Positions 9,843-19,700 of a DNA stretch of 64,000 bases are shown here, piece after piece. Origin of the DNA: Bacteroidia bacterium (lineage in GTDB: Bacteria; Bacteroidota; Bacteroidia; NS11-12g; UBA955); the NCBI GenBank assembly GCA_041690035.1, contig JBDNFC010000060.1:12503-76502 (forward strand), in the 5' to 3' direction. The position numbers and the translations under genes were made by a program. Position 1 is the stretch's first letter. Every line of letters begins with the position of its first letter. The notes under the pieces were generated by a model that was not told where the DNA came from, did no database searches, and worked only from the letters and a program-made list of their open reading frames with translations.

Positions 9843-10820
9843 ATGAAAAATGCACTAGAAAACCACCCTTATATTCAATCTATAATAGATCTAAATGAAA
9901 AGCATACAAACCGCCATCTTTTTCATAAAAACTGCAATGCACTTTTACTAAAAATGGGGCAAGATAAATCATTTTTAAATCTACTTATTCAAAGAAACTT
10001 ATTGGACGAAGGTTTTCTTAATCAACAATGGAGTTTATACCACATACCCTACCTTCTTATATACGAAAATGCAGACTTTAATCTAAAAATACATCTTTTC
10101 ACACCCTTAGAAAAGAAAGAATCAGCCATTGCAGCCTCTTGTATACACCATCATAATAATTATTTGTTGAGCAGTTTTGCTTTTCATGGCAGTGGATATG
10201 AATCCATTATTTTTAACAAAGATTTTAGCTACAATATTGCTCAAAATGAAGCAAAATTTAGCATTGCAAAGCATTTTCATCAAAAAGATTGGCCAATTTC
10301 TTTTGTAGATGCTTGGGAGCCTCACTTGGTTTTTAATCCAGAAAATTTAAGCGCAACACTAATACTTTGGACACCCGATAAAAAAAGAAAAACAGATTTG
10401 CTTAGGCAAAATCGTATTCTAAAATTTTTTAAGAAACCACTGCGCAAAATTATTAATTTGTTAGGCCTTGCACAATCTGCTGGTATCGCTAATTCGCAAA
10501 CCTACCAATTCTATCCCGAAGACTATAAAATTAGAGGCATATTAGAAGATGAGTTTTTTGCGCCTACACGCAAAGCTGTGGGTGCAGATGTAGATGAATA
10601 TAGCGTACAAACAATTTTTAAATTTATTCAAGAAGGTAGCTATTTAGAAAAACAATGGGTAAAAAATAATATCGAAAAATGGCCGCTAGTTTACCAAAAA
10701 TTTGCAAATATGTATTTAAACAACGAACCTATACCTGCTATTTTTGCAAAATCGAGTATCAATATTCCACAAAAAAGTTTTAATAAAACTGATGTATTGA
10801 CTGCTATAAAAAATGCCTAA
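9843..10820 (+). CDS. Hypothetical protein (His-rich, possibly cupin-like), translationally coupled to the downstream glycosyltransferase
   Basis: The ORF is 342 aa, or 325 aa from MKNALENH. It has an HHHNN...FHGSGYES segment and no confident family match. Its last 8 nt overlap the next gene. Confidence 0.5.
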   Translation: MKNALENHPYIQSIIDLNEKHTNRHLFHKNCNALLLKMGQDKSFLNLLIQRNLLDEGFLNQQWSLYHIPYLLIYENADFNLKIHLFTPLEKKESAIAASCIHHHNNYLLSSFAFHGSGYESIIFNKDFSYNIAQNEAKFSIAKHFHQKDWPISFVDAWEPHLVFNPENLSATLILWTPDKKRKTDLLRQNRILKFFKKPLRKIINLLGLAQSAGIANSQTYQFYPEDYKIRGILEDEFFAPTRKAVGADVDEYSVQTIFKFIQEGSYLEKQWVKNNIEKWPLVYQKFANMYLNNEPIPAIFAKSSINIPQKSFNKTDVLTAIKNA

Positions 10821-11934
10821 GCCCAAAATAGCCTATGTTACACTTTTAGACCAATACCATCCAGGTATTTTTGATAGTCAGGTGATTGACGTGTGCAATT
10901 ATCTTACAAAAAACTTCGATGCAGATGTTCAATTAATAGCCTTTTTATCTATCAAAGAATTACACGACACAAATGCCAAAAAAATAATTAAAAGCAAATG
11001 TAAAAATGCCATTGTTTTGCCCGCCTTTCCTAAACTTAGATGGTTTTTTGCTACCCGATTTTTATTGTTTTTAGTGTTACTAATTAAACCAAAGAAAGCA
11101 TTAATATGCAGAAATGTTTTTGCAATGCAAATAGGTTTGGCTGCAAAAAAAATTGGTTTAGTAAAGAGAGTGGCTTTTGACGGACGCAGTGCAATAGCTG
11201 CAGAAGTGTCTGAATATGATGTTTTTCCAACCACATATTTTAGAAAAAATGCAGCCCGCCTTGAAAAAAAAGCTGTTATTGGCGCAGATTTTTGCCTTGC
11301 AGTCTCAAACCAATTAATTCAATATTGGATAAATCAGTATCAATACAGTTCAAAAAAAAATGTGGTTATTCCTTGCACATTGCAATCAAACATTGTTTGG
11401 AAACCATGCAGTAGCGAAAATGATGTTGTAAAAATAGTATATGCTGGCAGCAATGCACCTTGGCAAGGATTTGATCAAATAACCACTTTTTTGCATTCGC
11501 ACCCACATCTACATTGCACACTCTTAACAAAAAAATCTGCACAAACAGATGCAATGCAAGCCATTTTTAAAGAACGATTAACTATAAAATGGTTAGCTAG
11601 CAGCCAAGTATCCGAAACAATGGCAACATGCGATTATGGGCTATTATTGCGCCCACAAAGTGTGACTAATAAGGTAGCATCTCCAGGCAAATTTGCTGAA
11701 TACCTAGCCTGTGGACTTTCTGTAATTATTACTCCAAATTTGGGCGACTACAGTGAATTTGTAATAAATCAAAATTGCGGCTATGTATGGAAGAATAATG
11801 AAAAATTAACATTAGAAAAACTTGCTACCGCACAAAAAGAAAAGAACAACCAATTATCTAAAGCGTATTTTTTTAAAGAAAGCCCAACAAATTTTCAAAA
11901 TTATGGTTTACTAATAAATAATTTGATAAAATGA
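10813..11934 (+). CDS. Glycosyltransferase, GT-B fold (GT4-like)
   Basis: The C-terminal motif KFAEYLACGLSVIITPNLGDYSEFV matches the GT1/GT4 E..A.G.PVI...G..E signature. Confidence 0.55.
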   Translation: MPKPKIAYVTLLDQYHPGIFDSQVIDVCNYLTKNFDADVQLIAFLSIKELHDTNAKKIIKSKCKNAIVLPAFPKLRWFFATRFLLFLVLLIKPKKALICRNVFAMQIGLAAKKIGLVKRVAFDGRSAIAAEVSEYDVFPTTYFRKNAARLEKKAVIGADFCLAVSNQLIQYWINQYQYSSKKNVVIPCTLQSNIVWKPCSSENDVVKIVYAGSNAPWQGFDQITTFLHSHPHLHCTLLTKKSAQTDAMQAIFKERLTIKWLASSQVSETMATCDYGLLLRPQSVTNKVASPGKFAEYLACGLSVIITPNLGDYSEFVINQNCGYVWKNNEKLTLEKLATAQKEKNNQLSKAYFFKESPTNFQNYGLLINNLIK

Positions 11935-12551
11935 ATAAAAAAGAGCGGGTAAATTTTATGATTAACATTTTAGAAAACCTCTATCCCAAAACCCCTATAC
12001 CCCTAGACCATGCAGATGCTTATACATTATTGATAGCAGTGTTGCTTTCTGCACAATGCACAGATGTGAGGGTAAACCTAATTACTCCAGCTTTATTTGC
12101 CAAAGCCAATAATCCTAAACAGATGGTTAAATTAACGGTAGAAGAGATACGCACAATTATAAAACCTTGTGGACTAAGCCCAGCAAAAAGTAAAGCAATT
12201 CACCAATTGAGCAAAATATTATTAGATAAACACAATGGCAGCGTTCCAAACAGTTTTGAAGACCTAGAAGCATTGCCAGGTGTAGGACACAAAACCGCTT
12301 CGGTAGTGATGAGTCAGGTGTTTAATGTTCCTGCATTTCCTGTGGATACTCACATTCACCGTTTGGCGCATAGATGGAAACTAAGCAATGGAAAAAATGT
12401 TACTCAAACAGAAAAAGACCTAAAAAGACTGACCCCTAAACTATTATGGAATAAACTTCATTTACAAATTATCTTTTATGGCAGAGAATATTGCCCTGCG
12501 AGGGGTCATGTGATAGAAAAATGTCCAATTTGTAGTACATTTGCACACTAA
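11931..12551 (+). CDS. nth: Endonuclease III family DNA glycosylase
   Basis: It has the HhH-GPD motif LPGVGHKTASVVM and a Cys-rich C-terminus (CPARGHVIEKCPIC) with atypical spacing. Confidence 0.7.
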   Translation: MNKKERVNFMINILENLYPKTPIPLDHADAYTLLIAVLLSAQCTDVRVNLITPALFAKANNPKQMVKLTVEEIRTIIKPCGLSPAKSKAIHQLSKILLDKHNGSVPNSFEDLEALPGVGHKTASVVMSQVFNVPAFPVDTHIHRLAHRWKLSNGKNVTQTEKDLKRLTPKLLWNKLHLQIIFYGREYCPARGHVIEKCPICSTFAH

Positions 12552-12560
12552 TTATTCATT

Positions 12561-15215
12561 ATGTTTTTAAGCGGACTAGAACCCCTTCATTTAACCCCAA
12601 ATACTAATTTTATCAATATTGGCGAGCGCACAAATGTTACAGGCAGTAAGGCGTTTTCTAAACTCATACTTAACAATGATTATGAAAAAGCAGTAGAAGT
12701 AGCAAGGCAACAGGTAGAAAATGGCGCCCAAATTATTGATGTAAATTTTGATGAAGGAATGTTAGATGGCAAAGTTGCTATGAAAACATTTCTAAATCTT
12801 ATTGCAGCAGAGCCAGATATAGCCCGAGTGCCAGTGATGATTGATAGCAGTAAATGGGAAATTATAGAAACTGGGCTACAATGTTTGCAAGGAAAAGGAA
12901 TTGTAAACTCCATTAGTTTAAAAAATGGAGAAAAGGAATTTTTGCACCAAGCAAATTTAGTAAGAAAATATGGTGCTGCTGTAGTAATAATGGCTTTTGA
13001 CGAAACAGGGCAAGCAGATAATTTTGATAAAAAAATAAAGGTATGCAAAAGAAGCTATGACTTGCTTATTGCTAATAATTTTAACCCCGAAGATATAATT
13101 TTTGACCCCAATATACTTACTGTAGCCACAGGTATTGATGAGCACAATAACTATGCAGTTGATTTTATGAACGCTACCCGATGGATAAAAGAAAATTTAA
13201 AAGGGGCAAGGGTAAGCGGAGGCGTAAGTAATATCTCGTTTTCTTTTCGAGGCAATGACACTGTAAGAGAAGCCATGCACACTTCTTTTTTATATCATGC
13301 CATAGCTGCAGGCTTAGACATGGGCATTGTTAATGCAGGCATGATAGGCGTTTACAATCAAATAGATAGTGAACTTTTAATAAAGGTAGAAGATGTTTTA
13401 TTAAACAGAAATGCTGAGGCTACAGAGGCCTTAGTAAAATATGCTGAAGGAGTAAAAAAAGGGGATAAAAAAACAGAAACTATAACCCTTGCTTGGCGCA
13501 ATGAAACAGTGCAAATAAGATTGCAGCATGCCTTAGTCAATGGAATCACAGAGTTTATAGAAGAAGATACTCAAGCGGCATTGGATGAATTAAAAATACC
13601 TTTGCATGTAATAGAAGGCCCATTAATGGATGGCATGAATGTGGTAGGTGATTTATTTGGTGAAGGTAAAATGTTTTTGCCACAGGTTGTAAAAAGTGCA
13701 AGGGTTATGAAAAAATCTGTTGCCTACTTAGAACCCTATTTATTAGCAGCAAAAGCTAATAGTAAAATACCCGATAAGGCCACACCAAAAGTATTACTTG
13801 CAACAGTAAAAGGAGATGTGCATGATATAGGAAAAAATATTGTTGGAGTAGTATTGGCTTGCAATAATTACGAAATTATAGACCTAGGGGTAATGGTGAG
13901 CGCAGATCGCATATTAGACGAAGCCATAAAAAACAAAGTGGATATTATTGGATTAAGTGGATTAATCACACCATCACTTGACGAAATGGTTACAGTTGCT
14001 GCTGAAATGGAACGCAGAAAAATGAATCTTCCATTACTTATTGGCGGTGCCACAACATCACGTATTCATACAGCTGTAAAAATAAGCCCTGCCTATAGCA
14101 ATACAGTAATTCATGTTTTGGATGCAAGCAAGTCTGTGGCTGTAGCAAGTAATTTATTAAAAGAAAATAACCAGGAATTTAAGCAAAACATTAAGTCCGA
14201 ATACACAATTTTGGCCGAAAAGCATGCCCTAAGACAGCTAGAAAAAAATTTAATCACTTATCAGCAAGCAAAACAAAACAAACTTACACTACCCTTTGAC
14301 AGCATTAGCAAACCAAATAAGCTTGGGATAACTGTTTTAAATGATTATTCGCTTGAACTGCTTGCCGAAATGATAGATTGGACACCGTTTTTTCAAACTT
14401 GGGAACTAAGTGGCAAATACCCTCAAATTTTAGAAGATAAGGTGGTAGGTAAGGTTGCAAAAAGTCTTTTTGATGACGCTAAAGAGATGTTGGCAAAAAT
14501 TATAAAAGAAAAATGGCTCATAGCAAATGGTGTTTTTGGTCTTTTTGCTGCCAATAGTGTCAATGATGAAGACATAGAAGTGTATGATGAAGCCCAAAAT
14601 ATCATTGCCACTTTTCATACCCTGCGTCAGCAAAGAAAAATGGGCGAAGGCATCCCTAATTTATCCTTAGTAGACTTTATCGCTCCAAAAGAAAATAATG
14701 AACAAGATTATATTGGCTGTTTTGCCGTAACTACAGGCATAGGAATAGAAAAACAGCTTCAAATTTTTGAACAAGATAAAGATGATTATAGCAGCATACT
14801 TTTAAAAGCATTGGCAGATAGGCTTGCTGAAGCATTTGCAGAGAAATTGCACTTGCAAATTAGAACAAATTATTGGGGCTATGATCCTGAAGAAAAATTA
14901 GATAATGAAAGCATAATTAGCGAGCGCTATCAAGGCATAAGACCTGCTCCCGGATACCCTGCTTGTCCTGATCACCTAGAAAAAATCAATATCTTTAAAA
15001 TTTTAAATGCTACAGAAAATACAAGCATTCTATTGACAGAAAACTTAGCCATGTTTCCAGCCTCGTCAGTAAGTGGTTACTATTTTGCACACCCACAAAG
15101 CAAATATTTTGGATTAGGAAAAATAGATAATGATCAAGTATTATCCTATGCCAAAAGGAGGGATATGGATATTACAGAAATTAAAAAATGGCTGCAACCA
15201 GTGTTAAATAATTGA
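12561..15215 (+). CDS. metH: Cobalamin-dependent methionine synthase MetH carrying the pterin-binding, B12-binding and AdoMet-activation domains but lacking the N-terminal homocysteine-binding domain
   Basis: The N-terminus, [12 protein letters not shown]...[11 protein letters not shown], aligns to about residue 330 of full-length Met[11 protein letters not shown] is the B12 DxHxxG motif, and [13 protein letters not shown] is also present. The product is 884 aa against about 1227 aa for full-length MetH. Confidence 0.85.
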   Translation: MFLSGLEPLHLTPNTNFINIGERTNVTGSKAFSKLILNNDYEKAVEVARQQVENGAQIIDVNFDEGMLDGKVAMKTFLNLIAAEPDIARVPVMIDSSKWEIIETGLQCLQGKGIVNSISLKNGEKEFLHQANLVRKYGAAVVIMAFDETGQADNFDKKIKVCKRSYDLLIANNFNPEDIIFDPNILTVATGIDEHNNYAVDFMNATRWIKENLKGARVSGGVSNISFSFRGNDTVREAMHTSFLYHAIAAGLDMGIVNAGMIGVYNQIDSELLIKVEDVLLNRNAEATEALVKYAEGVKKGDKKTETITLAWRNETVQIRLQHALVNGITEFIEEDTQAALDELKIPLHVIEGPLMDGMNVVGDLFGEGKMFLPQVVKSARVMKKSVAYLEPYLLAAKANSKIPDKATPKVLLATVKGDVHDIGKNIVGVVLACNNYEIIDLGVMVSADRILDEAIKNKVDIIGLSGLITPSLDEMVTVAAEMERRKMNLPLLIGGATTSRIHTAVKISPAYSNTVIHVLDASKSVAVASNLLKENNQEFKQNIKSEYTILAEKHALRQLEKNLITYQQAKQNKLTLPFDSISKPNKLGITVLNDYSLELLAEMIDWTPFFQTWELSGKYPQILEDKVVGKVAKSLFDDAKEMLAKIIKEKWLIANGVFGLFAANSVNDEDIEVYDEAQNIIATFHTLRQQRKMGEGIPNLSLVDFIAPKENNEQDYIGCFAVTTGIGIEKQLQIFEQDKDDYSSILLKALADRLAEAFAEKLHLQIRTNYWGYDPEEKLDNESIISERYQGIRPAPGYPACPDHLEKINIFKILNATENTSILLTENLAMFPASSVSGYYFAHPQSKYFGLGKIDNDQVLSYAKRRDMDITEIKKWLQPVLNN

Positions 15216-15994
15216 TAAAAATGAAAGCTGCTATAAAAGTTGCCATAATTACGGTGGTATATAATGCCAAAGATACCATAGCAGCTTGCATGCAGTCAGT
15301 TTTAGAACAAAACTATGCACATATTGATTATATTATTATTGATGGCAATAGCAATGATGGCACGCAAGCTATTATTAACGACAAGATAAGCCAAATACAA
15401 TACTACATTTCTGCTCCAGATAATGGAATATATAATGCCATGAATAAGGGGATGAATGCAGCAGATGCAGACTATGTAATGTTCATAAATGCAGATGATA
15501 CTTTTTTACACTCCAATGTAATTGGTGACCTTATTCCTTTTTTAGAAAATAAAAAAATTGATGCTTTACTTACCGGGGTATTTATCTTTAAAAAGAATAA
15601 GCCATTCCGAATCTATGGCACAATTAGCTTTAGGGCTTGGATGTTCCGATTTGGTCATCAGCCTCCCCATCCAGGATTTATTTGTAAACTAACATTAATG
15701 AAAAAAATTGGAGGATTTAATGAATCTTTTAAAATTGCTGGTGATTTTGATTTAATGCTTCGCTTATTTAATTTGAAAGGGTTTCAATTTTCAGCATTAA
15801 CTTATTTTAGTGTAAAAATGCTTCATGGCGGTGCAAGTGCATTTGGTATTAAAACAACGCGTGTTTTAAACAAAGAAATACTGAGTTCCCTAAAACAAAA
15901 TGGTTATTTTAGCAATTCTATTTTGATCTATTCAAAATATTTATTCAAAATTTGGCAATTAATTTTACCAAAACTAGGCTATAAAATTACCTAA
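15212..15994 (+). CDS. Family 2 glycosyltransferase
   Basis: [12 protein letters not shown]...[13 protein letters not shown]...NADD is the GT2 DxD-type N-terminal signature. Confidence 0.75.
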   Translation: MIKMKAAIKVAIITVVYNAKDTIAACMQSVLEQNYAHIDYIIIDGNSNDGTQAIINDKISQIQYYISAPDNGIYNAMNKGMNAADADYVMFINADDTFLHSNVIGDLIPFLENKKIDALLTGVFIFKKNKPFRIYGTISFRAWMFRFGHQPPHPGFICKLTLMKKIGGFNESFKIAGDFDLMLRLFNLKGFQFSALTYFSVKMLHGGASAFGIKTTRVLNKEILSSLKQNGYFSNSILIYSKYLFKIWQLILPKLGYKIT

Positions 15995-16711
15995 CACAAA
16001 AACGGCAGGTTGTTTTTTTAGTAACATATCCATATCGTTTTGTTTACTAAAAATAAGCCATTCTGCAAGCGTGATGCTTTTTATCCATTCGTTTTTATCA
16101 AGCATATTTACCGCTATGCACAAGCCCACTTCCTTACTAGCATCAATTCTAATAATCTGATTAAACAATGCAACATTTCTGTATGGAGTTTCCATAAATA
16201 TTTGAGAAATATTTTTTTTACTCGCAATATTTATCATGCTTTTCAACTCCAAATTTAGTTTTGAATTATCAATAGGCAGGTATCCATTAAAAGAAAATTG
16301 CTGTGCATTAAAACCACTTGCAGCCAAGGCCAAAATCATGCTATTGGCGCCTGGCAATGGCACAACTTTTATACCTTTTTTGTGTGCAACAGCCACAGCA
16401 GAACCCCCCGGATCTGCAATAGATGGCAATCCCGCATCGCTTAGCAGACCTATGTAAGCGTGTTTATCTATAAATTGGTCTAATTCTAGGCGACCCATTT
16501 TTGCTTGTGTATGCTCATTAAGTAAAAAAAGTTCTACTTTTTCATCAAGAATTGTCCTAGATATTAAAAGTTCTGCACTTTTATAGGACTCACAAATTAT
16601 GCCAGTAATATTGCTTAGTTGATGTTGAAAATAAATAGGGAGCCAAGCCTCTGGATGCTTTGTTCCCAAAAAATTCGGCAACAAAAAAAGTTGTTTTATT
16701 GTATCTTCCAT
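15974..16711 (-). CDS. SAM-dependent methyltransferase of the tetrapyrrole-methylase fold (RsmI/YraL-like)
   Basis: It has LPSIADPG and GANSMILALAASG motifs. Its 3' end overlaps the GT2 gene convergently. Confidence 0.65.
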   Translation of the reverse strand: MEDTIKQLFLLPNFLGTKHPEAWLPIYFQHQLSNITGIICESYKSAELLISRTILDEKVELFLLNEHTQAKMGRLELDQFIDKHAYIGLLSDAGLPSIADPGGSAVAVAHKKGIKVVPLPGANSMILALAASGFNAQQFSFNGYLPIDNSKLNLELKSMINIASKKNISQIFMETPYRNVALFNQIIRIDASKEVGLCIAVNMLDKNEWIKSITLAEWLIFSKQNDMDMLLKKQPAVFVLGNFIA

Positions 16712-16767
16712 TATTTATCTTTTATATATTACAACAATTGTTTATTTTTGCAAATTAAGCTAAAAAT

Positions 16768-19700
16768 ATGAACTTATTTGTTAAAGTAAAAAAGCGTTCT
16801 TTTTTAAAGTTAATTGTCTTTTCTTTATTAATATTTATACAAGTTGAAAACTATGCGCAGCGTTTTGCAAATGAGTGGATAAAGCCTAACCAAACATATT
16901 TTAAATTTAAAGTAGCAAAAGAAGGCATTCACAGAATTGATTATTTTTCCCTTACCACAGCAGTTACCCAAGCAGGTATACAACTTAGTGCACTAAAACC
17001 AAACAAAATTCAGGTTTTTCATCTTGGTATTGAATTACCAATATTTGTAGAAGGAGAGGCAGATGGGGCTTTTAATATCAATGATTTTGTAGAATTTTAT
17101 GCAACACCAAATGATGGAAAATTAGACACTAAATTATATCCAAATGGTATAATTGATCAGCTACATGATAAGTACAGCCTCTATGGAGATACAGGAGTAT
17201 ATTTTGTTACATTTTTGCCTGATACAAGCGGCAGAAATGGTTTGCGATCTTTAATTTATAATAACACAGTCTTGTCTGGGCCTAAATACAGGTATCATGT
17301 GGCCAGTTCTTTTGCATTTGAAAATACGAATTATCATTATGGAGTGCCATACGCACTAAGCGCCACAGATATGCATCAAAGCGAATACACCAATGGCGAA
17401 GGATACAGAAGCGAATTTTTTGGTTATGGGAGTGTATTGGCCAATAAAAAAATTGTGCACCTAAGTTCAAATTTCTTAGAAAACACAGGTTTTAACCCAA
17501 CCCTAGAATTTTGTTTTATGGGTAATAATAATTGGCGCCAAAGCAATCCAGACCATAGAATGAAAGTATTGATGGGTAAAAGAATAGATCTTTTACAAGA
17601 AAAATTTGACACTACTTTTGAAGGATTTGCTGTAATTAATAGAAAAATTAGCCTCAATTTAAGCGAATTAGATACTGGACTAGATTTATCTTTTCAAGTA
17701 ATACAAAACTCAAATTACCCGACACAACACGCTCGTTTTTCGCATGCTGAGCTTATTTATCCAGCAACATTTAATTTAAATAATACCAGCGCTAAAAAAT
17801 TTATTCTTGAGCCAGAATTTTTTGCCCCAAGGCATGTTTCATGGACAAACTACAAAACAGGATATAATTCGCCAATCGTATATTGCCTAAATAAACCAGC
17901 AAAAATAACTGCATCGGTAAATCCTTTAAGCGAATGCAGTTTTATGACACCGCAGAATAATTCTTACGACACTTTTTTTATATGCGATGAAAACGATGTG
18001 ATTTTTATCAATAAATTAGAGCGCAGCGCTCTTATTGACTTTAATACCCACGTTAATAAATACAATTATGTATTAGTTTCAGGTAAAAAACTAACAGCAA
18101 GTGCAGAAAAATATGCAATTTATAGAAGCAATGGATTTACTCCAGTTTTAGTTTATGTAGAAGATTTATACAATAGTTTTTCTTATGGCTATAGGCATCC
18201 ACTGAGTATTAGAAACTATGCTGATTTTATGCTTGAAAAATCTGATACATTTTGGCCAAAACACTTAACTCTGCTGGGTAAAGGTTTTCAAACAGATGGT
18301 GCAAGAGATTTAAACTATCAAGAACAAGAAGTAGTACCTACTATTGGTGTGCCTGGTTCCGACAATATGTTTACCTCTGGACTAAAACACAGCATTTTAT
18401 GGGAGCCAGCTATACCCACAGGTAGAATTTCTGCAATAAATACTAAAGATGTAGACAATTATTTAGAAAAACTAAGAAGTTACGAATCTGCCGGAAATGC
18501 CTATTGGCGTAAAGAGGTAATGCATTTAGGCGGTGGGCAAGATGCAGGTCAAGCAGGCAGAATATTAAACACACTTAATGATGCAAAAACAATCGTTGAA
18601 AATGGCGCTTTTGCAGGCAAAGTAATTACTTTTAGTAGAAGTAGTAAATCTTTGATAGATCCAGATGTCAGAAATTCAACCATACAGGCATTTAAAGATG
18701 GTAAAAACTTAATTACCTTTCTTGGTCATGGATCTGCATCTGTTTTTGATTTAGATGTAGGCACACCAGATGAATATCGCAATGTTGGCAAATATCCTAT
18801 TTGCTATTTTAATGGATGCAGCACTGGCAATCCTTTTGGATATGAAACTGCCGGTGCAAGTGACCTATCTTATGGTTTGCAAATGATGAAATTGGCAAAA
18901 TCTGGTTCAATTGTATTTATGGCACAAACCAACCTTGCTGAAGAATCTACTGTAAGTAGGCAAATTTCTGTTTTTTATAGTGAAGCTTTCAAAAATAGCT
19001 ATGGTATGTCCGTAGGCGAAATAATGAAAAACACTATCAAAAATACGCAATCTGCCTCAAGTTTTCTAACCCAATCTCATAGCAGACAGCTTTTGTATCA
19101 AGGCGATCCGGCAATTACTTTTTTTGCACCAAATAAACCAGAATATCAAATAACCGCGCAGCATGTAACCCTAGAACCAAGTATTGTTTCTGCCTTGGCT
19201 GACTCGTTTATTTTAAGAATTAAGATAGAAAACCTAGGCAGTTATGGAAAAGACAGCATTTTATTGCATATAAAAAGATTGTACCCAGACAATATTACAG
19301 AAAGATTTTTTGAATTGAAATTGCCTCCAATACAATATGAGTATACCCTTAATTATGCTATCTATAGCAAAGACCCAAGCACTGCTGGTGTAAATAAATT
19401 TACAATAGATATCAATCCATTTAAGACCATTTCAGAATTATCAGAAAGGTATGATAATAACCGCGTAGTGAAAGATTTACAAATAGCAAGAAATGGAATT
19501 TCATTGGTTTATCCAGAAAGATTTGCGATAATAGAAGGGGATAGTGTGGAACTGATATTTCAACCGCTAGATTTATTTACCCAAAATCAGCAATTTAATG
19601 TCTATTTAGACACAAGTTGGCGTTTTGACTCTATAAATAGTGGAGCATTTAGGCAAACAACAATTAACGAGGCTTTTTTATGCAAATGGAAAGTAAAGTT

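Noticed and set aside
12680-14633. Several 60-120-aa minus-strand ORFs inside metH
   Set aside because: They are antisense to a strongly supported, motif-rich CDS and are typical spurious ORFs.
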